This document shows positions 7,999 to 16,138 of a DNA stretch of 32,000 nt, piece after piece; within the stretch, counting starts at the first letter, position 1; every line of letters begins with the position of its first letter. The translations under genes were made by a program, and so were the position numbers. The DNA is taken from the NCBI GenBank assembly GCA_005877205.1, contig VBPL01000016.1, positions 1,643 to 33,642 on the forward strand. Reading direction: 5' to 3'. The notes beneath the pieces are model-generated. The model saw nothing but the letters and a program-made list of their open reading frames with translations. It was not told where the DNA came from and searched no databases. This DNA is from Nitrososphaerota archaeon. GTDB taxonomy: Archaea > Thermoproteota > Nitrososphaeria > Nitrososphaerales > Nitrosopumilaceae.

Positions 7999-8457
7999 TT
8001 AAGGCTGGCCTGATGCAAGGACTATGAGCTGACCGCGCATGGTAGGTTCATGGAAAGTGCACTCGTATGTGAAAACACCTGCTGTGGTCGCATCAAATCT
8101 TGCCGTTTTGTTCTCTCCAGGCTTCAAGACTAGATTGACATCATACGGTTTGTCATAAATTGTGAATGAATGTGAATCGCCTCCAGGGGCTTCTGTGTTG
8201 AAAAAGTGAATTATTACAGTATCTCCCGTGTTTACCGTAATGGTGGATGAACTAAACATGTCGTGAGACATTCCCATTTTAGTTTCGTTAATTTCAGGAA
8301 TCTTGCTACTAAACAACCAAAACTCTCTTTTCTCAGGATGTACAGAATATTTTGTCTCTACATTTTGTTTCAAGGGAAGTACCATTACAAGTGAAGAAAT
8401 TGCCACAATTACAATGGCTGCACAAGCAATAATTATCACTTTGGCACTCCTTTCCAC
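7999..8457 (-). CDS. Membrane-anchored blue (type 1) copper protein, cupredoxin/plastocyanin-like
   Basis: N-terminal TM helix, upstream His (GGDSHSF), and the C-terminal ligand loop C-T-F-H-E-P-T-M (Cys-x2-His-x3-Met). Confidence 0.85.
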   Translation of the reverse strand: MERSAKVIIIACAAIVIVAISSLVMVLPLKQNVETKYSVHPEKREFWLFSSKIPEINETKMGMSHDMFSSSTITVNTGDTVIIHFFNTEAPGGDSHSFTIYDKPYDVNLVLKPGENKTARFDATTAGVFTYECTFHEPTMRGQLIVLASGQP

Positions 8458-8525
8458 ACAAAAAGGTCTTATGTACGAAATAAAAACATGGATTAACTTT
8501 GTTACCTCATAAAATGCTATAAGAT

Positions 8526-9569
8526 TTAGATGAACTTTCTTTTCAGTCTCTTAAACTTACGCATTCCAAATGATTTCATTCTCCAGCGCTTCGTATATCG
8601 ATAGGCAGCAAAGGCTGAGGCTATTGTTGATATAACGATAGCTGGCAGCATCCATGAGAAATTGGCCTGATGATCAGGAAATATGCTAAAGACTGTAGCA
8701 AGAGTATTTGGTACCAGTACTGCGGTACCAGCCACTGTAAACCAAACTACGAGTATAGTAAGTTTGTTTGATACCTGTGTCTGTATTACGTTAATTCCTG
8801 TGGCAATCATCTGCATTAGATTTTCTGCCATCTGGATCTGTCTGTCCAATCTGCTAAGGATGACCTCGAATTTGGCAAGTACCTGGTCATCATCTGATAT
8901 CATATCAGCATCACCATATTTTAGATTGTGGACCGTATCATAGGTAGCCCATACTGCATTAAGAAACGTAAGCAACGATGTCTTCATGTTTGAAAGTTCG
9001 ACTGACAAGTCTCTTTCTATCTGTCTTGAACCGGCTAAATCGAGTTCTAATTGTTCGGTTCTATCAACAATCAGACGCAAAATCAAAAAATTGGTCTCGC
9101 TTATCTCATCAATTATTCGTGCTACAAGCAAGGTTTGTCGGTTTGCCCAACTATCTGGCTCTTTTGGAAGTTTTCGCAGAAGTGTATTGGAATAATTGTA
9201 AAGTCTAGTTATCTTTCCACCGTAATCGTCATGAATTGTTACTATTAGATCCTTTTTTATGAAGATCAAAAGAGGAGAAGTTTGCGTTTTATTGTTTGAT
9301 GTAACAACAAATGGAATCATCAAACCCAATGTTTCTCCCTTGTCCTCATAACTTGACATGTATCCTGACAACAGAATAGCTGGGTCCATTGCTATGCCGA
9401 GATTTTCTAATATCTTTGGCGTTTCTACAAGTAGGTTATCAACAACACACTCTATCCAGGTTAGAGTGCCAATCGATATCGTCTTTGCTGCTTCATCAAG
9501 CTGCACACTTGCTTTCTTGAATGGAGTGCCCTCCGACTGTAAACCAGCTACACTTACTGCCTTGATCAT
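8526..9569 (-). CDS. CorA-like divalent cation transporter family protein, without a GMN motif
   Basis: It has the CorA architecture: an N-terminal alpha/beta region (TLTWIE...), a long helical region and two C-terminal TM helices. The TM1-TM2 junction reads LVPNTLATVFSIFPD, so the canonical YGMN is absent. Confidence 0.5.
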   Translation of the reverse strand: MIKAVSVAGLQSEGTPFKKASVQLDEAAKTISIGTLTWIECVVDNLLVETPKILENLGIAMDPAILLSGYMSSYEDKGETLGLMIPFVVTSNNKTQTSPLLIFIKKDLIVTIHDDYGGKITRLYNYSNTLLRKLPKEPDSWANRQTLLVARIIDEISETNFLILRLIVDRTEQLELDLAGSRQIERDLSVELSNMKTSLLTFLNAVWATYDTVHNLKYGDADMISDDDQVLAKFEVILSRLDRQIQMAENLMQMIATGINVIQTQVSNKLTILVVWFTVAGTAVLVPNTLATVFSIFPDHQANFSWMLPAIVISTIASAFAAYRYTKRWRMKSFGMRKFKRLKRKFI

Positions 9570-9698
9570 ACCCTAATGCAAAATTCCACTTATATACACG
9601 TATTTGTGAACTTTGGTAAGCCAGTCCTAATTCTGAAAATCTCAAGTTTTGGTTCTTCTGTCAATGTGCAATAGGAAATATATCGGACCAAATGAGGT

Positions 9699-9986
9699 AT
9701 GGCGATGAAAATACTTGTAGATGAGATGTATGACGGCATAGATATCAAGCTAAAGGAGTTTGGATATGAGGCATATAGTGTAAAGAAGCTAATTGCAGAG
9801 GGCAAGAAGCTTACAAGTGATTATTCCGTAATCAAGTACGCTGAACAAAAACATATGGTGGTGGTAACAGAGGATACTGAAGTGGGAAAGGCATGCAAGG
9901 AAAACAACATTCCATGTGTGCTTCTTGATAACGAAACAATATTCAAGATAATCTTGGAAGCATTAAGTTCTTACAAAAACCTCTAA
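9699..9986 (+). CDS. DUF5615 / Mut7-C-like (PIN-like) small protein
   Basis: KILVDEMYDG...LKEFGYEA...SDYSVIKYAEQKHMVVVTEDTE follows the pattern of DUF5615 PIN-like domains (xLxDEN...G..V....sD.eil.yA......vT.D.dF). The start could be 9699 or 9705. Confidence 0.45.
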   Translation: MAMKILVDEMYDGIDIKLKEFGYEAYSVKKLIAEGKKLTSDYSVIKYAEQKHMVVVTEDTEVGKACKENNIPCVLLDNETIFKIILEALSSYKNL

Positions 9987-10606
9987 CTCTGTTCTTGTTT
10001 GTTTTTTGTTCTTTTTATGTATAATATGATGGCAATTATGACACCAGCCACAACTATAATATCAAAATAGTTTGAATAATGTCTGATGTTTGTCCATTGT
10101 TCGCCTAGTTTAATTCCGATATAGGTTAAAGCTGAGTTCCAAATTAACGAACCACCAAAAGTGTAAACCGAGAATTTTTTTACATTCATCTTGGCGACTC
10201 CTGCTGGAAGCGAGATGTATGTTCGAACAGCAGGAAGGAGTCTACTAACAAAAGTAGATCGGTCACCATATTTTCTAAAATACGACTCGGTAAGCTCAAG
10301 GTGTGACTTTCTCAAAAGAACATACTTGCCGTATTTTATCACAAAAGCTCTTCCAGCACGTACACCAACAAAATATGCTATCCATGAACCAACCAAGTTT
10401 CCAAATGAACCAGCCAACACAACATATGGAGCATCTAGTTTTCCAGAAGAGACCAAATATCCAGAAAATGGCATTATTATTTCACTTGGTATTGGGATAA
10501 GCGCACTTTCTGCCACCATGAGTAGGAATATGCCGACATAGCCAGAACTTGATATTGTCTGGACTATGAAATCTACTAAACTATTAACAATTTCAAACGC
10601 AACCAA
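9983..10606 (-). CDS. DedA family (SNARE-associated) membrane protein
   Basis: GYVGIFLLMVAESALIPIPSEIIMPFSGYLV signature, multiple TM helices, 207 aa. Confidence 0.85.
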   Translation of the reverse strand: MVAFEIVNSLVDFIVQTISSSGYVGIFLLMVAESALIPIPSEIIMPFSGYLVSSGKLDAPYVVLAGSFGNLVGSWIAYFVGVRAGRAFVIKYGKYVLLRKSHLELTESYFRKYGDRSTFVSRLLPAVRTYISLPAGVAKMNVKKFSVYTFGGSLIWNSALTYIGIKLGEQWTNIRHYSNYFDIIVVAGVIIAIILYIKRTKNKQEQS

Positions 10607-10643
10607 GTGTTCGCATTACATCCTATCTTCAATAAATGTGCCT

Positions 10644-10808
10644 CTACCACATCCCGCCAGTTGTAAATCCAGGTTCGTCGGACTTTCTTTGTGGAGCGTG
10701 TTTATGCGCTTTCTTCATATGTCTCTCAAGTCTTACTGGATCGTGTAGTTCAATACCACATTCCTTGCATTTTGTCTCAAGCTTCTCCTTTTTCTTGAAG
10801 AGACCCAT
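10644..10808 (-). CDS. C2H2 zinc-finger mini-protein (54 aa, below the ORF-track cutoff)
   Basis: Hand translation gives MGLFKKKEKLETKCKECGIELHDPVRLERHMKKAHKHAPQRKSDEPGFTTGGMW. It carries the classical C-x2-C-x12-H-x4-H spacing. ATG is at 10806-10808 and the stop at 10644-10646 (minus strand). Confidence 0.55.
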   Translation of the reverse strand: MGLFKKKEKLETKCKECGIELHDPVRLERHMKKAHKHAPQRKSDEPGFTTGGMW

Positions 10809-10941
10809 GATGTATCAAATATCTAAAAATTATTAATTCTTACTGATAATGATACCTATACAGAGATAGTTTCTACGTAGAAGACACCAAACGGTCTGGT
10901 ATGGTAAAATACATCTTGCTACAAAAATATGGCCTTGTCAT

Positions 10942-11769
10942 CTATTTTGCAGCACATTTTAAAAGAATGTAGTCTATCATACCCCTTTCTGAAACTTCCT
11001 TCATTTTTTGCATTGATATGTAAAGAATTTTCTCAACGTAGCTTGGATATATTGTTTGAATCTTTGATTTCAAAAATTCTCTATTTTTGTGATAATAGTC
11101 GGCAAGTGGAACAAATACTTTTGAACCAATATAGTCAGATTTTAGTACATCAAAGTCATTGGTTGTAAGGATCTTTCGTACCGAATCGAATTCATAATGT
11201 TGAGAAGACCAAGTAAAGGACAAGATTCCTAACTTGAAGATCTCTGGCTTCAAAGATTGTGATACTACCGGAAGCGTGATAACAAGTAATCCTTTGTCCT
11301 TTAAGACCCTTCTACTCTCTTTTACAAATCTGTCAAGTGGTTTGAAATGCTGTGCAGATTCTAGGGCTATGATCCTATCAAAAAATTTGGTTGAAAATGG
11401 AATTGAGGAAGAAGTACAGTTAACAAGATCTATTTGTCTTTCATTAGTAGAAGATTCAGTAAATGGATATGCCCTGTTTTGAATCAGACCTTTTGCAAAT
11501 TTTAACTGGTTTGAATTTATGTTTGAACAGATAATTCTGATTTTCGGAAATTCAGAACGCCAAATTATCGCAGGCTCAGAAAAACCGCTTCCAACATCAA
11601 GAACGTTTTGTGCGCTCTCAAGTTCTGCCATCTGACCAATAATCCTGCAAAGTCTAATTTGGGCTTGGTAGGGATCTAGGGTATTTTCATCCCAGTATCC
11701 AAAGTTGAGCATGTTACTCCCAGTTGAAATTTGCATTATGGATGATAATGTATCATAGAGATTTACCAC
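10942..11769 (-). CDS. Class I SAM-dependent methyltransferase
   Basis: NFGYW motif followed by the SAM-binding motif I VLDVGSGFSEPA. The post-I and motif II/III spacing fits a Rossmann methyltransferase. GTG start. Confidence 0.85.
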   Translation of the reverse strand: MVNLYDTLSSIMQISTGSNMLNFGYWDENTLDPYQAQIRLCRIIGQMAELESAQNVLDVGSGFSEPAIIWRSEFPKIRIICSNINSNQLKFAKGLIQNRAYPFTESSTNERQIDLVNCTSSSIPFSTKFFDRIIALESAQHFKPLDRFVKESRRVLKDKGLLVITLPVVSQSLKPEIFKLGILSFTWSSQHYEFDSVRKILTTNDFDVLKSDYIGSKVFVPLADYYHKNREFLKSKIQTIYPSYVEKILYISMQKMKEVSERGMIDYILLKCAAK

Positions 11770-11873
11770 GTCTATCTCATTTCGTCTAAATGTCCAAAGA
11801 AGAACGTCCAGAGGATTAGAATTATTTAGAATGCTATTATCCTTGCGCGTTCAAGACCTTTTTATTTAGGATA

Positions 11874-12140
11874 TTGATTATTCAAGTCATGGACTCGTGT
11901 GACGCAAGGATTAGAGCATACAAAAACGGTAAGACCTTTGACCAATCTAAAGAAATCGCGGAGACAGTCTCATCACAACTAGCTAAAAGAATAAACCAAG
12001 CAGGAATCTTATCTTGGAGTGAAATTCTAGAAGCTGCAGGCCATGATGAATTAATCTACAAACTCACTCTCAAGTATCTGCGACGCGACGGATACAATAT
12101 AGGTGACTGGAAGAATCCAAAGGTAACAAAAATTACTTAG
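11874..12140 (+). CDS. Hypothetical protein (likely true start is ATG at 11889)
   Basis: 88-aa ORF from TTG, or 83 aa from ATG. No motif recognised. Its 3' end overlaps the convergent membrane-protein gene by 8 nt. Confidence 0.45.
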   Translation: MIIQVMDSCDARIRAYKNGKTFDQSKEIAETVSSQLAKRINQAGILSWSEILEAAGHDELIYKLTLKYLRRDGYNIGDWKNPKVTKIT

Positions 12141-12972
12141 TTTCTACCGTGCAGCTTCCATTCTTGAATTTTCTAATTCTTCTTGCCATTATGACTGGGG
12201 TCACAAGTAGAACTGGGATTGATATTGCAATGAAGATTGTCTGCAATTGTGCTTCGTAACTTGTCAAAAATAATGTCACACTTGTAGCACTTGCTCCTAG
12301 CCCAAATAGCATCGTAAATGTTGTGCCGGCACAAGTTGGGCAACCAACAAAAAGTCCGGTTACGGCACCAAAAGTTCCCAACTTCCCACCACCTCTTGCT
12401 ATCAAGAATGCCTTGGATGATACTGCAAAATTCAGGCCTACTAAAAATGAGACCGCAATAAGTAGAACGAGGTTCAGTGGTATTATCTGCAAGCCAACAT
12501 GTTCGGTGAAGAATGCAAAAATCATGGGCATGTAGCCAGGCAAATCACAACATGGGGAAATTTCTGCATGCGGCGGCTTTGGAAAGCCATAGTCAGTAGC
12601 GTTAATGTCTGGCTTGTAAATTATTATTCCAGAGGTAAAGGCAAAGAAAATTCCGTAACCGATGGCACTGATGAGAAGTATCTGAATTGCTCTCTTGCTA
12701 CTTACAGCATTTGCAATTACTGATGAAATCGAAGAGTCAGGAAATGAAACCTTAGCCCTGTAAAATTTGTACAGGCCCCATCCTATTGCACCAAATGCAA
12801 CCAGTAAGACAACATATGTTGCTACCGCCAGCCTCTGCAGCGCAGGTATAGCAGCAGGAGTGACAATGGTATCATCATTTTTTGCATACGCAAGAAAAGA
12901 AATCGCAATCGCAACAAAGCCTACAATAATTAGTGCACGATGCGAACGACGTACTACAGTCTGTTTTTCCAA
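12133..12972 (-). CDS. Polytopic membrane protein with conserved Cys motifs (PCC, GCPTCAG); function unknown
   Basis: 279 aa with about 6-7 hydrophobic helices. SPCCDLPGY lies in a loop and VGCPTCAGTTF within a predicted TM helix. Confidence 0.7.
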   Translation of the reverse strand: MEKQTVVRRSHRALIIVGFVAIAISFLAYAKNDDTIVTPAAIPALQRLAVATYVVLLVAFGAIGWGLYKFYRAKVSFPDSSISSVIANAVSSKRAIQILLISAIGYGIFFAFTSGIIIYKPDINATDYGFPKPPHAEISPCCDLPGYMPMIFAFFTEHVGLQIIPLNLVLLIAVSFLVGLNFAVSSKAFLIARGGGKLGTFGAVTGLFVGCPTCAGTTFTMLFGLGASATSVTLFLTSYEAQLQTIFIAISIPVLLVTPVIMARRIRKFKNGSCTVETK

Positions 12973-13053
12973 CGAGTAAAAACCATCAACTCTGACATTA
13001 AATTGTATCTGTTTTTTCCAAAGTATTTATCTGTAATGAGAGGCTGATAGAAA

Positions 13054-13485
13054 TTGGTCGTGAAAATAGACGAACCTCAAGACTCCGATTACATGGAGAC
13101 AAAGATCACTTACGTGGGCTTTGTCGATCCATATGGTGTTGAGGGGTTGCTCATATTAAGATCAGAAGATGGCAAAGAATTTCACATGAGGGCTTTTTCA
13201 GGTGAGGTTGCAAGACACATAACAAATTTCATTGAGGGCCAAAGAGACGCAATACCAACTATCTATAATATGATTGAAGAAATCTCGGAACTAAACGAGC
13301 TTATGCTTGTCAGAATAAAGGTCTACGAGAGCGGAAGCGTACTTAGAGCTAATCTTTACTTTACTGGAAAAAATGATCTTGTTATGCGCAATTACAGGGC
13401 ATCAGATGCCATTGCACTTGCTTCGTTTTACAATGTTCCCATTTTAGTCAGGAAAAGTCTCCTTAAAGAAAAAATGGAAGCCTAG
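13054..13485 (+). CDS. Bifunctional nuclease domain (DUF151/BFN) protein
   Basis: LLILRSEDGKEFHMRAF...IYNMI...RASDAIALASFYNVPILV follows the DUF151 pattern (RPSDAIALA-type motif). The true start may be ATG at 13093. Confidence 0.7.
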   Translation: MVVKIDEPQDSDYMETKITYVGFVDPYGVEGLLILRSEDGKEFHMRAFSGEVARHITNFIEGQRDAIPTIYNMIEEISELNELMLVRIKVYESGSVLRANLYFTGKNDLVMRNYRASDAIALASFYNVPILVRKSLLKEKMEA

Positions 13486-14573
13486 GTCACTATCTCGTCT
13501 ATTCGTCCTTCTTGCTGAGCTTTTTTGAGCTCCATCGCAATTCTTCGTCCTACTCCAAAAGTTGTTCCGTATTTGTATTTGGTATAAGGACTAGTTGTTG
13601 CAAGAATGGGATTTCCTGGCGCTCGTAAGGACACATCATAGACTACAATTTCCAAGTCTCGTGTGATCACACTCTGTAATGAAAAGGGGCCTATGATGCC
13701 AGGTGGATATTCTTTTTTTACAGCATTTACGAATTTGTCTCCTGCAGCGATAACTTTCTCCAGAAGAGACTCACGTATACTTGCAGGCGTGTGGCCTACT
13801 TCTATGTTCTGTAATTCGATATTTGTCTCCAGCTGTTGTTTTGCTGGCAAAGAAACAAAATCATGCAGATTAGTTTGTAATCTCCGTTCTATGCCAAGAA
13901 AATCCACCTCTTCGGAGATTGGAGTGTGGAAATAATTGAAGTTAAAGTATGTACCAATTACATATTCCTCTATGATTGCAAACCTCAAGGCATCTCTTGA
14001 AATAAGTCCTTTTCTGATTTTGTTCTCAGTCTTGTCTTTGTAGTCCGAGTATGACGATGTGGTGAAAAAGGCCCTTTCTAGTCTGCGTTTTTTTTCTTGA
14101 ATCTTTACGATAACAGGTCTGTCTATATTTCGTTCGTCCTTAAAGATCTTGGGATGCCTTATCTTTGCTCTCTCAAGAAGATGATATTGATTTTTCTTAT
14201 TAGAACGCTCTTCTGCCTGAAATAAGGAACGGTTCCCAAACAAAGGAACTTTAAACTTATCTTCAACTGCACCATATCCAAGATACGCTGTAAGCGCTCT
14301 GTGCGGAACAATTATCGTATTTGATGAACGAAGTCTTTCCTGAACTTTTGACGAAAGGATGTCTTTGAATTTTCTTACAACAATTATCTCATCTGAAATT
14401 CTTGAAAATCGCCTGTAAGGTGTTTCCCTCCCTCTTTGACAAACGACTAAGGTTTGCAAGTTTTCGTCCTTTGCTCCGTCCATTATTTCAAGTGCAGAAT
14501 GACTTCCTAGAACTCCAACTGTCAGATCAGAATACTCTCTGGCTATTTTTTGAATCTCTGATCTTTTGATCAT
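13482..14573 (-). CDS. purP: 5-formaminoimidazole-4-carboxamide ribonucleotide (FAICAR) synthetase, archaeal PurP
   Basis: N-terminal VLGSHSALEIMDGAKDENLQTLVVCQRGRETPYRRF is characteristic of PurP. ATP-grasp sized at 363 aa. Confidence 0.85.
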   Translation of the reverse strand: MIKRSEIQKIAREYSDLTVGVLGSHSALEIMDGAKDENLQTLVVCQRGRETPYRRFSRISDEIIVVRKFKDILSSKVQERLRSSNTIIVPHRALTAYLGYGAVEDKFKVPLFGNRSLFQAEERSNKKNQYHLLERAKIRHPKIFKDERNIDRPVIVKIQEKKRRLERAFFTTSSYSDYKDKTENKIRKGLISRDALRFAIIEEYVIGTYFNFNYFHTPISEEVDFLGIERRLQTNLHDFVSLPAKQQLETNIELQNIEVGHTPASIRESLLEKVIAAGDKFVNAVKKEYPPGIIGPFSLQSVITRDLEIVVYDVSLRAPGNPILATTSPYTKYKYGTTFGVGRRIAMELKKAQQEGRIDEIVT

Positions 14574-14608
14574 GCGGTATCTATTTTATGTGGGTAAAAA
14601 AGCGTTTT

Positions 14609-14785
14609 TTACTTGAGGTCTTCTTTGTCTTTGAACTCTTTCAGCTCTTTTTCTGCTTCTATTTTCCCTTTTTCAAATTCCCCACGTGCTTTTCCGAATG
14701 TTCTTGCTAGCTCCGGGATCTTTTTTGCTCCAAAAATCACTACCCCGATGACTATCGCGGCAATTATTAAATTCTCATATGCCAT
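14609..14785 (-). CDS. tatA: Twin-arginine translocase subunit TatA/E (58 aa, below the ORF-track cutoff)
   Basis: Hand translation gives MAYENLIIAAIVIGVVIFGAKKIPELARTFGKARGEFEKGKIEAEKELKEFKDKEDLK. It has a TM helix, the FGAKK-P-LAR-G hinge and an amphipathic helix, and lies directly downstream of tatC. Confidence 0.8.
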   Translation of the reverse strand: MAYENLIIAAIVIGVVIFGAKKIPELARTFGKARGEFEKGKIEAEKELKEFKDKEDLK

Positions 14786-14806
14786 GATTGCCTTAAATTG
14801 GTCAGA

Positions 14807-15634
14807 TCAAGATTTAAGTGTTGCAGTCTGTTTTGCGTGTCTTTCTGACATGATCATTCCTATGAGATACAATCCAATCATAGGCCCTGAGATAAACCAC
14901 ATCGTGACTCCACTTCCATCTGGAGTAATGGCTGCACCTAAAATCACAATTACAATTATGGCGTATCGAAGGTTTCTTTTCCAAAATTTTTCGTTAACCA
15001 TGCCAGAAGCAGTTACTGAATACATTATCAACGGCAGCTGAAATGAGATTCCAAATGCGAGCAAGAATTGTAAAACAAACGTTATGAAATCAACAATGTT
15101 AAGAAATGTCAAAAGTTCTGCAGACTGGCCATACTTGTACAAGAATTCCAAGATGTATGGAGTAACAAAAAAGTAAGAAAATAGACACCCAGCTATGAAA
15201 AGCGCTACTGCTGGAATTGTAATGGACCTTACTATCTGAATTTCTTTTCTATCTAATGCCGGTCCAAGAAATGCAACACATTCTCTTACTATGACTGGCA
15301 TTCCAACTGCTATGCCAAGTAAGACTGCGACATAAAATTGGGCAAAAAATGCTTGTCCTGGAGCAGTCTGAATCAATTGTACAGAAGGAGGCAGCAGTTG
15401 ATGTTTCATGGTAAGAGTTACCTGCGCCGCAATATTGTCAAATGGACTAAAGTTTGGATAATACAAAGTTATTCCATTGTAAACAAATGGCGTAATGTGA
15501 AATCCTAAAATGAAAAATGCAGTTGCGCCTACAGCGATTATCATCCTGAGTAATCGTTTCCTTGTCTCCTCAAGATGCTCGGTTATTGACAGCGGTCTAT
15601 CCATGGAAGAGATCTTAGAATCGACCGAGTCCAT
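14807..15634 (-). CDS. tatC: Twin-arginine translocase subunit TatC
   Basis: LSITEHLEETRKRLLRMII N-terminal signature, six predicted TM helices, 275 aa. Confidence 0.9.
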   Translation of the reverse strand: MDSVDSKISSMDRPLSITEHLEETRKRLLRMIIAVGATAFFILGFHITPFVYNGITLYYPNFSPFDNIAAQVTLTMKHQLLPPSVQLIQTAPGQAFFAQFYVAVLLGIAVGMPVIVRECVAFLGPALDRKEIQIVRSITIPAVALFIAGCLFSYFFVTPYILEFLYKYGQSAELLTFLNIVDFITFVLQFLLAFGISFQLPLIMYSVTASGMVNEKFWKRNLRYAIIVIVILGAAITPDGSGVTMWFISGPMIGLYLIGMIMSERHAKQTATLKS

Positions 15635-15640
15635 ATTTAT

Positions 15641-16099
15641 CTACTTTCCAGGTATAGGAAGTAGTTTACTTGACGGTAGATTACTTTGCTGCTGTTCAGG
15701 TTCAGTAAAGTTCTCAAGTTCTACGGTTAGTTCAGTACTTACCTCAAATTTACTGCCCAATTCCATAGCCAAATCAGCTATCTCTTTTGGTATATAAGTC
15801 TCACGAGAGTTTTTGAGAAATATTCTGTTACCTTTTTCCGCTACCTCTCCTCCGAACTTGTCTTTTAGGAACTTTGTAATTTGGTCTACCTCTTCCTTAT
15901 TTATCATGTTATGGTAAAATACATTGCCGTGTATCGGTGTGTATTCCCATGGTGTACCATTTCTATAACAGAACACTCCAAAATGAGATCCTTGATCATC
16001 TTTTGAGCATTTTATTTCCCACATTAGCACCTTCTTTGGTTCATACCTTGCTTTCCTAAGATCCTCAACTGTAAGCTTCCAATACCTTAAACGACTCAT
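15641..16099 (-). CDS. Hypothetical protein immediately upstream of tatC (152 aa from ATG 16099)
   Basis: The ORF-track version (to 16225) has a hydrophobic, low-quality N-terminal extension that overlaps the divergent HEAT gene. An internal ATG (MSRLRYWKL...) gives a cleaner gene. There is a 6-nt gap to the tatC start. No domain recognised. Confidence 0.55.
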   Translation of the reverse strand: MSRLRYWKLTVEDLRKARYEPKKVLMWEIKCSKDDQGSHFGVFCYRNGTPWEYTPIHGNVFYHNMINKEEVDQITKFLKDKFGGEVAEKGNRIFLKNSRETYIPKEIADLAMELGSKFEVSTELTVELENFTEPEQQQSNLPSSKLLPIPGK

Positions 16100-16138
16100 G
16101 TAGTCAATGAATAAATATTCGCTTATAAAATTGTGTGC

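Noticed and set aside
10566-10836. Two overlapping plus-strand ORFs of 60 and 66 aa.
   Set aside because: They have odd Cys/Ser/Phe-rich composition and no motif. The minus strand encodes a clean C2H2 zinc-finger ORF with an ATG start.
14613-15041. A 142-aa plus-strand ORF spanning the tatA-tatC junction.
   Set aside because: It is antisense to two well-supported genes and its product is low-complexity (SSFS, PF-rich). The minus strand encodes a textbook TatA here.
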